Shown here: positions 48,603 through 61,878 of the stretch, one piece after another
How the letters are laid out: each line of letters starts with the position of its first letter
Position numbering within the stretch: position 1 is the stretch's first letter
Source of the DNA: Trichinella spiralis
Taxonomy: Eukaryota
Length of the DNA: 64,000 nucleotides
Assembly: GCF_000181795.1 (NCBI RefSeq)
Contig: NW_003526940.1
Coordinates: 1,778,571 to 1,842,570, forward strand
Reading direction: 5' to 3'
Notes under the pieces: model-generated
Database searches by the model: none
What the model was told of the DNA's origin: nothing
Seen by the model: the letters and a program-made list of their open reading frames with translations, nothing else
Program-made: the position numbers and the translations under genes

Positions 48603-49531
48603 NNNNNNNNNNNNNNNNNNNNNNNNNNNNNNNNNNNNNNNNNNNNNNNNNNNNNNNNNNNNNNNNNNNNNNNNNNNNNNNNNNNNNNNNNNNNNNNNNN
48701 NNNNNNNNNNNNNNNNNNNNNNNNNNNNNNNNNNNNNNNNNNNNNNNNNNNNNNNNNNNNNNNNNNNNNNNNNNNNNNNNNNNNNNNNNNNNNNNNNNNN
48801 NNNNNNNNNNNNNNNNNNNNNNNNNNNNNNNNNNNNNNNNNNNNNNNNNNNNNNNNNNNNNNNNNNNNNNNNNNNNNNNNNNNNNNNNNNNNNNNNNNNN
48901 NNNNNNNNNNNNNNNNNNNNNNNNNNNNNNNNNNNNNNNNNNNNNNNNNNNNNNNNNNNNNNNNNNNNNNNNNNNNNNNNNNNNNNNNNNNNNNNNNNNN
49001 NNNNNNNNNNNNNNNNNNNNNNNNNNNNNNNNNNNNNNNNNNNNNNNNNNNNNNNNNNNNNNNNNNNNNNNNNNNNNNNNNNNNNNNNNNNNNNNNNNNN
49101 NNNNNNNNNNNNNNNNNNNNNNNNNNNNNNNNNNNNNNNNNNNNNNNNNNNNNNNNNNNNNNNNNNNNNNNNNNNNNNNNNNNNNNNNNNNNNNNNNNNN
49201 NNNNNNNNNNNNNNNNNNNNNNNNNNNNNNNNNNNNNNNNNNNNNNNNNNNNNNNNNNNNNNNNNNNNNNNNNNNNNNNNNNNNNNNNNNNNNNNNNNNN
49301 NNNNNNNNNNNNNNNNNNNNNNNNNNNNNNNNNNNNNNNNNNNNNNNNNNNNNNNNNNNNNNNNNNNNNNNNNNNNNNNNNNNNNNNNNNNNNNNNNNNN
49401 NNNNNNNNNNNNNNNNNNNNNNNNNNNNNNNNNNNNNNNNNNNNNNNNNNNNNNNNNNNNNNNNNNNNNNNNNNNNNNNNNNNNNNNNNNNNNNNNNNNN
49501 NNNNNNNNNNNNNNNNNNNNNNNNNNNNNNN
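48603..49531. other. Assembly gap (N run)
   Basis: About 930 N. Other gaps at 17782-17791 and 60696-60980. Confidence 0.99.
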
Positions 49532-49591
49532 TAGCCAACAGCACTAACAACAACAATAGTAAACAACATATCAGTGAACGACATGAACAAA

Positions 49592-50145
49592 GTGGTATCA
49601 GGGCGATTTCAAAATTACAAATTATTGTTTGTGGATAAAGATTGACGCTAAGGACAGCGGCTTTGTTTATTGAAGCTTGAAAAATAAACTCTTATTTGCC
49701 AATATCTTTAACCGTACATAGCAACAGACTACGGGCACCAGCTTACTCGCCACAATGGCATGGATGGTAAAATGCTATTCATATCATTGAGGTACAACCT
49801 TGAATGTACCATCCGTACCCCAAGTTTTTACGGTTGCCATCAGTCTATATAGGCCATGTGCTCATCTACCCGGCAATTTTGAACGTGATCTTTTCTATCG
49901 ATCCCAGCCGGAACTTCTAAATCTGCCCACACTACACCCCTGCCGCCTTCTTTATCCTATACCAATATAAAGTAATTGTTAATAACTAGGAACACATGCT
50001 GTACATTCAGCGCATACTTTTGAACATCTCCAATATTTCTGTTTGCGGGCACGTTTTAATTTATATATCCTGCCTACCATACCACCGAATTGGACCAAAT
50101 CCCGCAATGATTTGGTACAAGATGTAACTCAGGGTACTGAGCCAT
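49592..50145 (-). mobile_element. FLYWCH/MULE transposase relic with internal deletion
   Basis: MAQYPELHLVPNHCG...GRIYKLKRARKQKYWRCSK (FLYWCH-like), DHVQNCRVDEHMAY, then TWGTDGTFKVVPQ*YE*HFTIHA...KLVPVV...KDIG...PQTIICNFEIALIP (MULE DGTF and D/FE motifs). Stops and frameshifts present. Confidence 0.85.
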
Positions 50146-51470
50146 AACAAGGAACAGAATAGAAAATGATTCATTCAGCTTTCCCGCTGCTCCAGTATCA
50201 TCTGGTGGTTGGCGTGTTGATGAGCGATGATTTGTTGATATCCTTCTGTTCTAATTTTATCATTCTACTTCTGGGTACTTTCTTGGTATTGACATGAAAA
50301 TAATGTTCACTTCTGGGCTAACAGCAGTGAAGTGAAAATATAATACATTTAATAATTTAAACATTTTTCTGCTTTCCCAGTTTTATCTAAAGCGGATATT
50401 ATTTAAGGGTCACTGAAGCGAAAAACAGTTTGAAAGTATATCATATTAGTATGTACTGATATGAAACATGAAATACGAATGCTGCTCATGATCTCACTTT
50501 TCCATTTGTTCATAAATAAAAATAAAAAGCGTTATTTCAGATTTTCAGAAGAGGTAGTGTTGATGATAAACACGATAAAACAAAGCAGCTAGCCTTTTGA
50601 TAGTAAAACAACATTATTGAACCATTTTGTTTTCCTTTCAACACTTATCAGTAGCTTCTGCTGAAAAATTTATTTTCATATTTAAATGTATATTTTACTG
50701 TCATATTTTCATGATTTATTTAACGTCTCATTCATAGTTTAAATATGACAACGTAATTGCGGGAATTCATCTTTATCAGGTTATGTCAGTATAAATATGG
50801 GAGTCTTCTTTTCATGTACTAAACATTTTCATTGCATGTCGTTATTTTAAACAAACATCGCTTTCAAAACAGACTAGAATGAACAGATTAATAAAATTAG
50901 AGCACACCGATATCAGTAGACTGTTTATAACAAGCTTCACAGAGTGACGATACTGCAGCAACGGATTTTCTGATCAGTCAAGATGATGCAATCATAATTA
51001 AAGCTTATTTAAAAAGTAGAAATCGTATTACCATTTTTCAATCGCAGATTTTTATATAATTATTTATTGAAGAGCATAATAGAAATATAGACAGTATGTT
51101 ACACAGATTTCACGCCAAAGTTGAAGTGGTTCAATATTTGTTATTCTTATATTTCTCATTTTTATTTCCTAGAATTTAACTGAATGTGAGAAAGTAAATT
51201 TTATGATATTTTTTTTCTTAAAATTTAGCTTATTATGAGGTAATTCTTATCCACTATTTCTGCAGCATTTTTGAAATCATTCTTTTTGTTAACTTCATCA
51301 TTACTGCAACGTAAAAAATGACAATTCAAATAAGAATTCAGTATTTTAATAATACAAATTCAAATTTCTGATGAAAATTTTAATATAGAACAATAATTAT
51401 TTTAATTATGGATGTTCAATTCATTATCCAATGTAAAATGCATATCCGCAAAATAAACAGCTCAATTATA

Positions 51471-52788
51471 CTATGAACACGCATCCAAGTTTTCTTTCGT
51501 TATCATCTTTCTGAATAAGTCAGCTGCTTCTTTGCTCAAAACGCAAGCAACGCTTGCTCCATATTTTGCATCTTTCGCCTAATTGATTTTAAATTTAGTA
51601 AAGGAAAGAATGAAAAATTAATTCAATCATACCGTTCTTCCAGTATTGCTTAAGCATATGAAATCAGAATCTGATTTCGGAACAGACCATCTTGCACTGT
51701 CTTGTCCTATTGGAATTTGAGTATCTCTAACAGTTATTGGCCCTAATACATTTTCCACTTTTAATGTGCCAGCGCATGATTTTCTCAAAACAGTTGCAGT
51801 TGTTCCAGGTGTGTAAACTTGGAAGGATTTTTGCATAATTTTAACGATATAATTTAAATATATATCTGAAAATACAAAATTTTTTCTGTTTAATATATTT
51901 TTTATTAATTTTCTGAATTCAGATGTACCTGATGAATATGCTACTGGTGCTGATGCAAATATTTTCACAGTTCCTGGTGGAGTCAAAGTCGCTATGCCAT
52001 CACCAGAAGCAGATGCAGTTGGCTGATACTTATGCAAGCCATTAACGAGTTTTTGAATTTCAGTTGAATCATAGAAAGCGGGTACTGTTGCAGATTTCTG
52101 AGCAAAAAATACGATGGGTTGTTCATAATCGATTATTTTTGCTAAAATTAATTGGGTTTTTGAAATGAATTTTAAAAAATATAACTGTATACCAATAGCC
52201 CTCAAATTAACATCAGAATATGACATGCATAAAAATGCAGCTGCTTCTTTTGTGGTCTTTTCATTCGAAAATAGATCTCCTATAGCAAGTGCTAAATTTG
52301 GAAAATACTTTGCTGTGTGTACCAACCAAAATCCTTTATTATTATCCTCAGCCATTATTACACCTAAATAAGAAACCTGGATGTCATGATTTTAATGTGA
52401 TGCATTTTTTATCTACCTTTTCCAGGACTCATTGGAAGTTCAAATTTAAAATGTGGAGGATAATTGCTGTATGCTACAATATTTGTATTGGGCTTGTTTC
52501 CTGAAGCAATATAAATATTCATCGTAGAATGAATTGGTTGCTGTGCGTCATCAATATTTGCTGCAGCTGACCAGTCTGTTGCAGCATTTGGTAGAAGATG
52601 ATGTGAAGATTTCCCTCCTGGCAATTTATAGACAAAGAACCTGAAAAGTATTATTAAATAGTTAGATTTATTGTGCACTTGAATTTTCATTACCAATCCA
52701 CATCATTATTTTGTTCTTTGCATTGGTAATCAATGGGTGTTACACCTAACTGCAAGGTATATAGAGCTATAACATAAAATATGAACAT
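51471..52788 (-). CDS. Secreted DNase II-family protein, copy 1
   Basis: Signal peptide MFIFYVIALYTLQLG, VDW|FFVYKLP, AYSNYPP, GFWLVHT, FLCMS, QDSARWSV, GASVACV...LDACS*. Confidence 0.92.
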
Positions 52789-55700
52789 TTTTCTAATATT
52801 AAACAACTTTTGCTCAGAGTGCACTATATATATACAGATGCGTTTAGACACTAAATAAACAAGAAAGCAAAAAGATTATGAATTTTTATTGTCATGATTT
52901 TTGTTTTGCGTGATCGTTATTTTTTTTCATTGTTTAATAGTTTGTTGAGTTTGTAGTATAATTTTGAGTGTACATTGAATTGTTGCATCTGTCTGAATTC
53001 AAATAACTCCATATTAATTGTACAGCATCAAAATTTGTTATATTAATGCTCTTTTAACAGCTAATTAAATTTAAGGATAGAAGCTTACTGCGATGTTATC
53101 AATAAAAAATTTCTGCTTTTGTCGTACGTAAATTTTGTTTTGTGTTTTATCAAATTTTTAATGTTGCATCAAATTTATTAAATTTGTTTTGTGTTTTAAT
53201 TTTGCTATCCTGTTAAATAAATTTAACACTGCTTTGAAATATGTCGTGGAATATTTTTTATCATTTTACTTTATTTCACACTGCAATTATATTCATAGCC
53301 TCAACTAATGTTAAAATACAGTTTATGAAAACCACTTCTTTTTTAATGTTTTTTTGCTGTAGATATTTACATTTATAATTGTGACAAAACTAAAAATTAC
53401 TGTTTTAATTTGCTTCAGTAGATTTTATTATTAGTTGCTTTGAATATAATTTTGGCATATTTTATTGAATACTGTCTTAAATAGAACTATTATAAGATTA
53501 AACAAATTTCATTACATTGAAATTAATGCTTAAAGATTAGCTCAAAGGAGGCGATTTATAATTCATTTCAAAGATTAATTACTCATAAATACGTTAAAAC
53601 ACTTTTTATAAATTTGATGGATGAGCAACTTTTGTTAAAGCTAAGTTTAAAGTGCAACTTCAAAATTTGTTTTAAAGTTCAACTTGTTTAAAATACTGTA
53701 AGAAATTTTAAACAAACTTTATGGCTTAAAATTGGAGTTTAAACTTAGTTTAAAGTAAACAGTTAAAAATTCATTTTAAAGTGAAGTTTATTTAAGTACT
53801 TCAAATTAATTCAATTACTTTAATGTGTGTTTAAAAACATTATATCTCAAATCGTAGCTGGGCTCCTATGAATTTGTATTGAAATTTTTATTTTCTTGAA
53901 TATGTTATTTCAAACAAAGTGTTTATTTATGAAATATCTTCCTGAATAGATGAAATAACATATCTCTTCTATTTCCCTAATTAAATTATTTGCACAGTGT
54001 TTCCGAGTGGCAAATTTATCTTCCAGTGAATACTTGCCTTCGACGACATGCAAATCTCTTCTGTTTGTGCTGTAGGTTGATTATTCTCTTCGAATTTCGT
54101 TGTTATGCGCGTTTTCTGTCTGAATAAACTGTATTATTTTACTTTGCAGGTATAGTATTTTTATAAAGATAGTTTAACTTAGTAATTGTATAATTAGGAT
54201 AAGATTTTAAGCATTCCAATAAATTGAAGTACTATTTATAAAAAATAAAAGTGAATTTATCATCAAAAAATGCTCTACAGTCGCTTTTGCAAATATTCAT
54301 TTTATTGTAATTTAAATTGCAAATACAAAGCGCTTGTTGTTGACGCTGCATAATGGAAACAAAATGGATAACGTTTGCAAAGCAGTTGATGAGAAAGTAT
54401 CCACGATCCCGTGTGTTTCCAGACCGTCTCTGATTCTGGTTGTCCCGTTAGCCCAACGTTGCCTAATTTTGCAGATCAGGCGAATGCAGTGCTTTCAACG
54501 TACTATGATCGTAGAGATTTACTCTGTTAATGACGAATCCATTTGAACCCTCTTTAGCTGAAAAATATAATTTCCATTTCAGCGGTGTCGTTTCGGCTCA
54601 TTTTCCACAATTACTCTGCAACAATTTTATAACTTATAAATTTCCATTTGTTTCTTTTGATTGCCAAAGCCATTCCAGGCAAATAAAGCCCAACAAAGCG
54701 ATCACTTTAATCGTTGAACACGAGCAGAGCAACATTTCACATTCAACAGCATAAAACATCAGTTTATTACACTGAACAAATGGTAAATTATCCGTCATAA
54801 ATACATAAATCCAGTACTGTTGCCAATATCAATTGTACAATGCTGGCGCTTTAAACAGAGCAAATAAGCAGACAAACAAACAAACAGCAAAAATTATGAA
54901 CAATTAATTTTACATTTCGTTCAAATTTACTAGCAGTGCTTTTCAATTGATTGAATGCCAAAATTATTCTATGACAATCAAGCTGTATGGGGAAGGTAGT
55001 GGGACAGAAAGTTTATTTTCATCACAACATTTCAGTTAATCCACACAATTTTTGGATAAATCAACTGGCTGAACAACCTGAAAAACGTTACATTCAAAGC
55101 ACAATGATTACTGATGTGATATGCTTTATGGCACAGTAATTTACAGCATGCCTAAGTTGGTAAACTATGAGTTTAAAATCAGCAGTTTACAATGTGATTG
55201 GAAAATATTTCGTACAATTCAACGTTCACCAAGTTCAATTAAATTGATATGCGGGAAAACATCATAAATTAATAGATATGTTTTCAAAAATGTGTTAAAT
55301 ATCTTACAAATGTATAATCCTATGTGAAGATTTCTTTCTCATAGTATAAGAACAATTCTTTTTTGAGATTGCAGTCTGGGTATTCTTTACTATCATTTAC
55401 AACAATGGTGATATGCACATCCATTACTTGTTTCTTTCAATAATCCACAGAATTTTTTGTTTCTTGATATGTTTCCATAAAATGAGAACAGCACTTAAAC
55501 ATGAAAACTTGCTGCCTGGTAAAGACGCAAGCAATACCATCATCTAAATAAAGCAGACTGAGAAAGTAATAGCATCACAAAGTGAACACACAGAATAATA
55601 AAACTGAAAAACAATGGAAATAAATTGACCGTAATACATGCAAAAAACGTGGCCGTTTTGCAATTTCAATTGCGTAACTTTATGAAAACAAATCTTTCTA

Positions 55701-56064
55701 TGTATATAATTGGAGATAGTATCTAAACAATATGAGTAATATCTGATGTAGTATTAACACATGTTACTCACTTCCAAATAGGCAAAAATATCTTCATAAA
55801 TATAGATGCAACCACAGATGAAGCGTAGCAAATAGAAAAAGCGCTAAATTACACTGCATAATAGGGTCAGCATTTTGCATTGCTTATTTCTTTAAATAGC
55901 AACAATTAATCTACATTACAAATGCAAGCCAATATTACAATTATTACAATATTACTTAAAAATAACAATATGTTTTATAAAATTTTATTTTCAATTTTAC
56001 AAAGAAGATTCCAACTTTTCAATGCACAAAATTAATTACATGCACAGTAAACAGTAGAATTATA

Positions 56065-57386
56065 TTAGGTGCATGCATCCAAGTTTTCTTTCGTTATCAT
56101 CTTTCTGAACAAGGCCGCTGCTTCTTTGCTCAAAACGCAAGCAACGCTAGCTCCATATTTTGCATCATTCGCCTAATTGATTTTCAATAGAGTAAAGGAA
56201 AAAACAAAAAGTAAATTCAATCATACCGTTCTTCCAGTATTGCTTAGACATACAAAATCAATATCTGATTTTGGAACAGACCATCTTGCACTGTCTTGTC
56301 CTATTTGAATTTCAGTATCTTTAACAGTTATTGGCCCTAATACGTTTTCCACTTTCAGTGGACCAGCGCATGATTTTCTCAAAACAGTTGTAGTTGTTCC
56401 AGGTGTGTAAACTTGCATAGATTTTTCCAAAATTTTAACAATATAATTTAAATATACATCTTAAAATACAAAATTTTTTCTGTTTTGTATATTTTTTATT
56501 AATTTTTCGAATTTAAATGTACCTGAGGAATATGCTACTGGTGCCGATGCAAATATTTTGACAGTTCCTGGTGCAGTCAAAGTCCTTATGCCATCACCAG
56601 AAGCAGATGCAGTTGGCTGATATTTATGCAATCCATTGACAAGTTTTTGAATTTCAGTTGAATCGTAGAATGGCTGGGCGGCTGCTACTGCCGATCTCTG
56701 AGCAAAATACACGATGGGTTGTTCATAATCAATTATTTTTGCTAAAATCATTTCTGCTTTTGAATTTTATTTCAATAAAATAAAACTGCATACCAATAGC
56801 CCTTAAATTAACATCAGAATATGACATGCATAAAAAGGCAGCTGCGTCTTTTGTGGTCTTCTCATTCGAAAATAGATCTCCTATTCCAAGTGCTAAATTT
56901 GGAAAATACTTTGCTGTGTGTACCAACCAAAATCCTTTATTATTATCTTCAGCCATTATTACACCTAAATAAGAAACCTTAATGTCATAATTTTAATGTG
57001 ATACATTTTTCATCTACCTTTTCCAGGACTCATGGGAAGCTCAAATTTAAAATGTGGAGGATAATTGCTGTATGCTATAATATTTGTATTTTGCTTAGTT
57101 TGTGAACCAATATACTTATTCATTGTAGAATGAATTGGTTGCTGTTGGGCATCTATATCTGCAGCAGCTGTCCAGTCTGCATCAGCTGGTTTAAGATAAT
57201 GTGAGGATTTTCCTGATGGCAATTTATAGACGAAGAACCTAAAAGGTAGTATGAAATAGTTTGATGTATGATGTGCGTGAGTTTGCATTACCAGTCCAAA
57301 GCATTCGCATCTTGGAAACATTGGAAGTCAACGGACGTTACGCCTAACTGCAGGGTATATATAACTATAACATAAAGTATGAACAT
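56065..57386 (-). CDS. Secreted DNase II-family protein, copy 2 (tandem paralog of copy 1)
   Basis: Same exon structure and motifs as copy 1 with high visible identity; ends LDACT*. Confidence 0.92.
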
Positions 57387-59379
57387 TTTTTCAATTTTCT
57401 ACAATTTCTATTTTGAGTGCCATATATATATATATATATATCTATTTATGCACTAAATAAACAAGAAAAAAACATTTTGAATTTTCTTTTTCATTATTTT
57501 TGTTTTGCGTGGTTGTATTTTGTTTGCAGTGTTTGTTGTATAATTTTGAATATCCATTGAATTGTTGCATCTGTTCCAATTCAAATAACTCCATATTAAT
57601 GGTACTTCATAAAAGATATTTTTATATTAATGCTCTTTTAGCAGCTAATTAAATTTAAAGATTGAAGCTTATTGAGATGTCATAAATCAAAAACTTTTGC
57701 TTTTCTCTTATGTACATTTGTTTTCCTATTTTGGCCAAATAAAATTCTTCTCATTCTTGAAATTCTTGAAAATATATTTAGCATTGTTTTTAAATACATT
57801 TTGGAATATTTTTTTATTCATTTTATTTCATTTTACATTGCGATTATATTTACAGCCTTAGCTAAAATTAAAATGTAGTTCATAAAAACCATTCTTTTAT
57901 TTAATATATTTTCCTGTGGATATTTACTTTTATAGTTGCCTCAAAGTTAAAAATTACAGTTGTAATTTGCTTTACTATATCTTATTATTAGTTGTTTTCA
58001 ATGTAATTTTGGCATACTGTATTGCATATCATCCTAAATCAGACCAATGGAGGGTTAAACAAATTTAATTATTTTAAAATTAGTGCTTAAAGTTTAGTTT
58101 ATGTGCAATAGTTTAAACTGTATTTTAGAGATTAATTAGTTTATAATACTATAAACACTTTAAACAAATTTCATTACTTTAAAATGTGTTTTGAAGTTTA
58201 GTTTAAAGTTAATTCTCTAAAATTTATTTTAAAGATCTCTTCTATCTCCCATATTAAATTATTTGCACAATTTTTTGATGAGCAGATTTATCAGGTAGTG
58301 AATACTTGTTGTCGACTGCATGTAAATCAACTTCTTGTTATTTGCATATTGTATAGTTAGTATGTTGATTGTTGTCTTCGAATTCCGTACTTGTGTGCGT
58401 ACTTTCTGTCTGAATAAGCGGCACTATTTCATTTGACGATTATAACATTCTTATAATGATGGCTTAACTTATTTCATTATATAAATAGCGTTTTGTTTTA
58501 AGAGTTTTAAGAGTTAGTTAATTTTAATTTTTAAAAGTTTTAAGAGTTAAAATATTATTTATTAGAAATGAAAGTAAATATTTCATCAGAAAATGCAACA
58601 CCAACGTGTTTGGAAATATTTATTTTATTGTAATTTAGATTGAAAATGTAAGCGCCTGCTGTTGACACTGCATTATGGAAATGAAATGGATATTTTTTGC
58701 ATAGCAGTTAATGAAAAGTTGTTTACGACACTGCATGCTCCCACAGCCTCTTTGATTCTGGTACTGGCGATAACTCAGCGCTGCTTAACTTCGCAGATCA
58801 GGTGGGATGCAGTGCTTTCAATGTGATATGAACGTCAACGTTTAATCCTTTGCAAAAAGAATTAATGTAAGTTACACCCAGCTAGTACAACCTAAATTCA
58901 GTTGATTTGCTCTTTTAAATTTTCCAATTTTTAAGTTTCCAATTAATAATAATTAATAATTAATTAATTTCTGAAAGCTTTTCAGTCTTATAATTTCAAG
59001 GACTTCAGGACATACTTTTTTTAAATGTCAATGAATAATTTCATGCCACTGGAAAGAATATCATTCCACTGTTCATAACTGTTCAGCAAATTTACCTTGT
59101 CTCTGCTCTAGAAATGCGGAAATGAGCATTGTATGCCATAAAACGGGAAATATTTCTCTAATCTTGTCTAATCCAGTCCCGTCTGACTCTGGCAGATCTC
59201 TACAGCAGTGTATTAGAAAACGTATGTTGTTAGTCTTTTCTCTCACTGTTGCATGTGCTGCTGAGACCTCAGGCTACCTACAAGGAGATAACAGAAGGCA
59301 GCAGTCTGTACATCCCCACTGGAGCTGTGACTCAAGACTCTGATACCAGTGCACTATAAGTGAGCAAACCTCACCTTTC

Positions 59380-60000
59380 AGACCGACTGTTGTCGTTATA
59401 TCATGCCTGTGAACGACTGCCGTTCTTCTTCCGCAGCTGACGATCATCTTATTCGTTGGTAATTTGCTCGTCTGCAAATGAGTCACGTTGATCCATCAAA
59501 CGAGGCGAGATTCGCTCGAACAAACTGCAGCGTGTTCTGTCACCTCAATAGCGAGTTGGCTTGAAGAGTTTGTTAGGTCGTGTTAGGTTGGTGGTCAACC
59601 GCGGATTTTTCACGGTGATTGTTGGTAGCACGTTCTAATAAACACTTTAAGTGTTGTATTACTCTTTAATACCCCTAATGTCTTCGTCGAAGTGTGAAAG
59701 AGGCCGCCAGGTCAACACGGATTGCAATGACCAGGGCGACAATCCTGAAGCTGAGGTGTACCCCCTAGCATCTACAAAAAATCCGTTACACAGGCATCAA
59801 AGCAAATGAAGCACAACCCGATCATCCTCGCCAGAACGTGACGTTGGTGGTGATCTGGAGGCGTCTTCTTGGGCCTTTGTTGTGCGAAGTCAGCCTTACC
59901 TGGCAGCTGCTATGGTCTTCTGACCCAGCAGACGCCCCTCATCAGGCGTCCTGCCACATCCACAGGTAATGTAAACAGCTGGCGGATCACGGTATCGCGA
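59380..60000. mobile_element. Possible LTR-retroelement (BEL/Pao-like) debris
   Basis: GC-richer island. Minus strand at about 59780-59860 reads RHVLARMIGLCFICF, resembling a BEL gag Zn-knuckle lead-in. TGTT...AACA-bounded segment with AATAAA at 59388-59717. Heavily decayed. Confidence 0.3.
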
Positions 60001-61878
60001 GTATTACATATAAAGAACATAAATAGCTGCGGTTAATATGCGGCTAACATTGACTCAGTGCTGCTTAAATGTAGTTTATATGGACAGGTTCTCCATCTTC
60101 CGTAGTCCATTGCAAATACCTCTCCGTTTCCCTTTTTCAGCGGTCTTCTCTTTTCATGTATATACTAGTAGCGGACACAACTGGCCCAAAAACTGATTCG
60201 CATCAAAGGTCGATTGGCTCATCAGGCTACTGCTGCTTTACAAAGATGCGTCTTAACTTGTCGCCAACTGCATCTTGGTGATGCAACCATACACACACAG
60301 GACCATTGCCTTCATGGTGAGAGCTCTACCAGCCACACCATATACCTCTTAGGGTTTTCCTCCCCAACCGGTGTGGCACTGACCACCTGCCATGTTGCTT
60401 TCGTAAGGCTATCTAAAGTCATCAGATTATTCTTCACTGACACTGATGCTGCTGACAAAAACAACAGCAATGCAAATAACTTAATCCCTTTTTTCGGCAA
60501 GACCAAATACCAATTTTCCGGGCAACGACACATCATCGTGATAATGATATGCAGGTTACTGATGTTGGCGCCTCTTGTTTCCAACAAACTTTTATTATTC
60601 ATTTTTTTTGGGATGGTGGATTCCGGGACAAATTTTCACGGTCTAATTTTACTGGTCGTTGAACTCGCTATTTCATTGGACCTTTAATTTGTCGTNNNNN
60701 NNNNNNNNNNNNNNNNNNNNNNNNNNNNNNNNNNNNNNNNNNNNNNNNNNNNNNNNNNNNNNNNNNNNNNNNNNNNNNNNNNNNNNNNNNNNNNNNNNNN
60801 NNNNNNNNNNNNNNNNNNNNNNNNNNNNNNNNNNNNNNNNNNNNNNNNNNNNNNNNNNNNNNNNNNNNNNNNNNNNNNNNNNNNNNNNNNNNNNNNNNNN
60901 NNNNNNNNNNNNNNNNNNNNNNNNNNNNNNNNNNNNNNNNNNNNNNNNNNNNNNNNNNNNNNNNNNNNNNNNNNNNNNNNAATGCACCACATTTCTGACT
61001 CTTGTGTTTTCGCCTCTATTGACGCTGAGCCACTTTTATTGTAATTTTATGAATTATTTAGAATTAAATTCCAATACATCTTTTATATAACTTTCTTTTA
61101 ATGCAAATCGGCATAATCTTGACATTAGCTTCGCATAACAGTTTCGCCCATGTAAAATTGTTTCACGGGTGATGCGCTTAGCAAAAATATACGATGATGA
61201 TGTTTTTTCTTTAGAATCCAAGAGCAATTGACATTACATTACCTACATCACCATCACCAACGCCATTAGCTCGTATTAAAACACAGCAAATGATATTAAA
61301 TGTTAATAATAAGCACTTATAATAATTTAATATTTCTTTCATAATACTACTGTATGGATTAATTTAATATATTGACTTCAGATGGTATGCTCGTCTGATA
61401 TAGAATACATGAATTATCGAACAGCATTGCTATTTGTGCTAAAAACAAAAATTTATGTTATTAAGACTAAAAACATTCAATTAAGAAAGATATCAAAAAA
61501 TATCCACCACGTTCTTTATTATCAATAATTTGGTCAGGGAACTACTAGTAACATTACCTTAATCAAAATTTATATAAACATGGCCATGCCAACATTAGTA
61601 AAGGTTATACAAGTAACAACATGCAATTATAAATGTAACTAAATAGTTAAACAGGAAGAACGGAGCAAATTGTTAAACTTACTATATCCAATTTAAATAA
61701 ACATTTAATGTTTCAGATAATTCCTGTAGCAATGTGATTAATATAAAATAAATAAATAACAGTTAACATTATGATGCATAAACATGAAGGCATGTTACTA
61801 TATATAAATGAACAACACAAATAAAAGCAAACGCAGCAAAGAAGGAAATTACAATAATATTCAGATTTTATTAAAACA

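Noticed and set aside
48540..49638. Long ORFs of X residues (also 60659-61090)
   Set aside because: Artefacts of N gaps.
60214..60687. Overlapping 157-aa and 96-aa ORFs
   Set aside because: No recognisable domain, inside repeat-like debris beside a gap.
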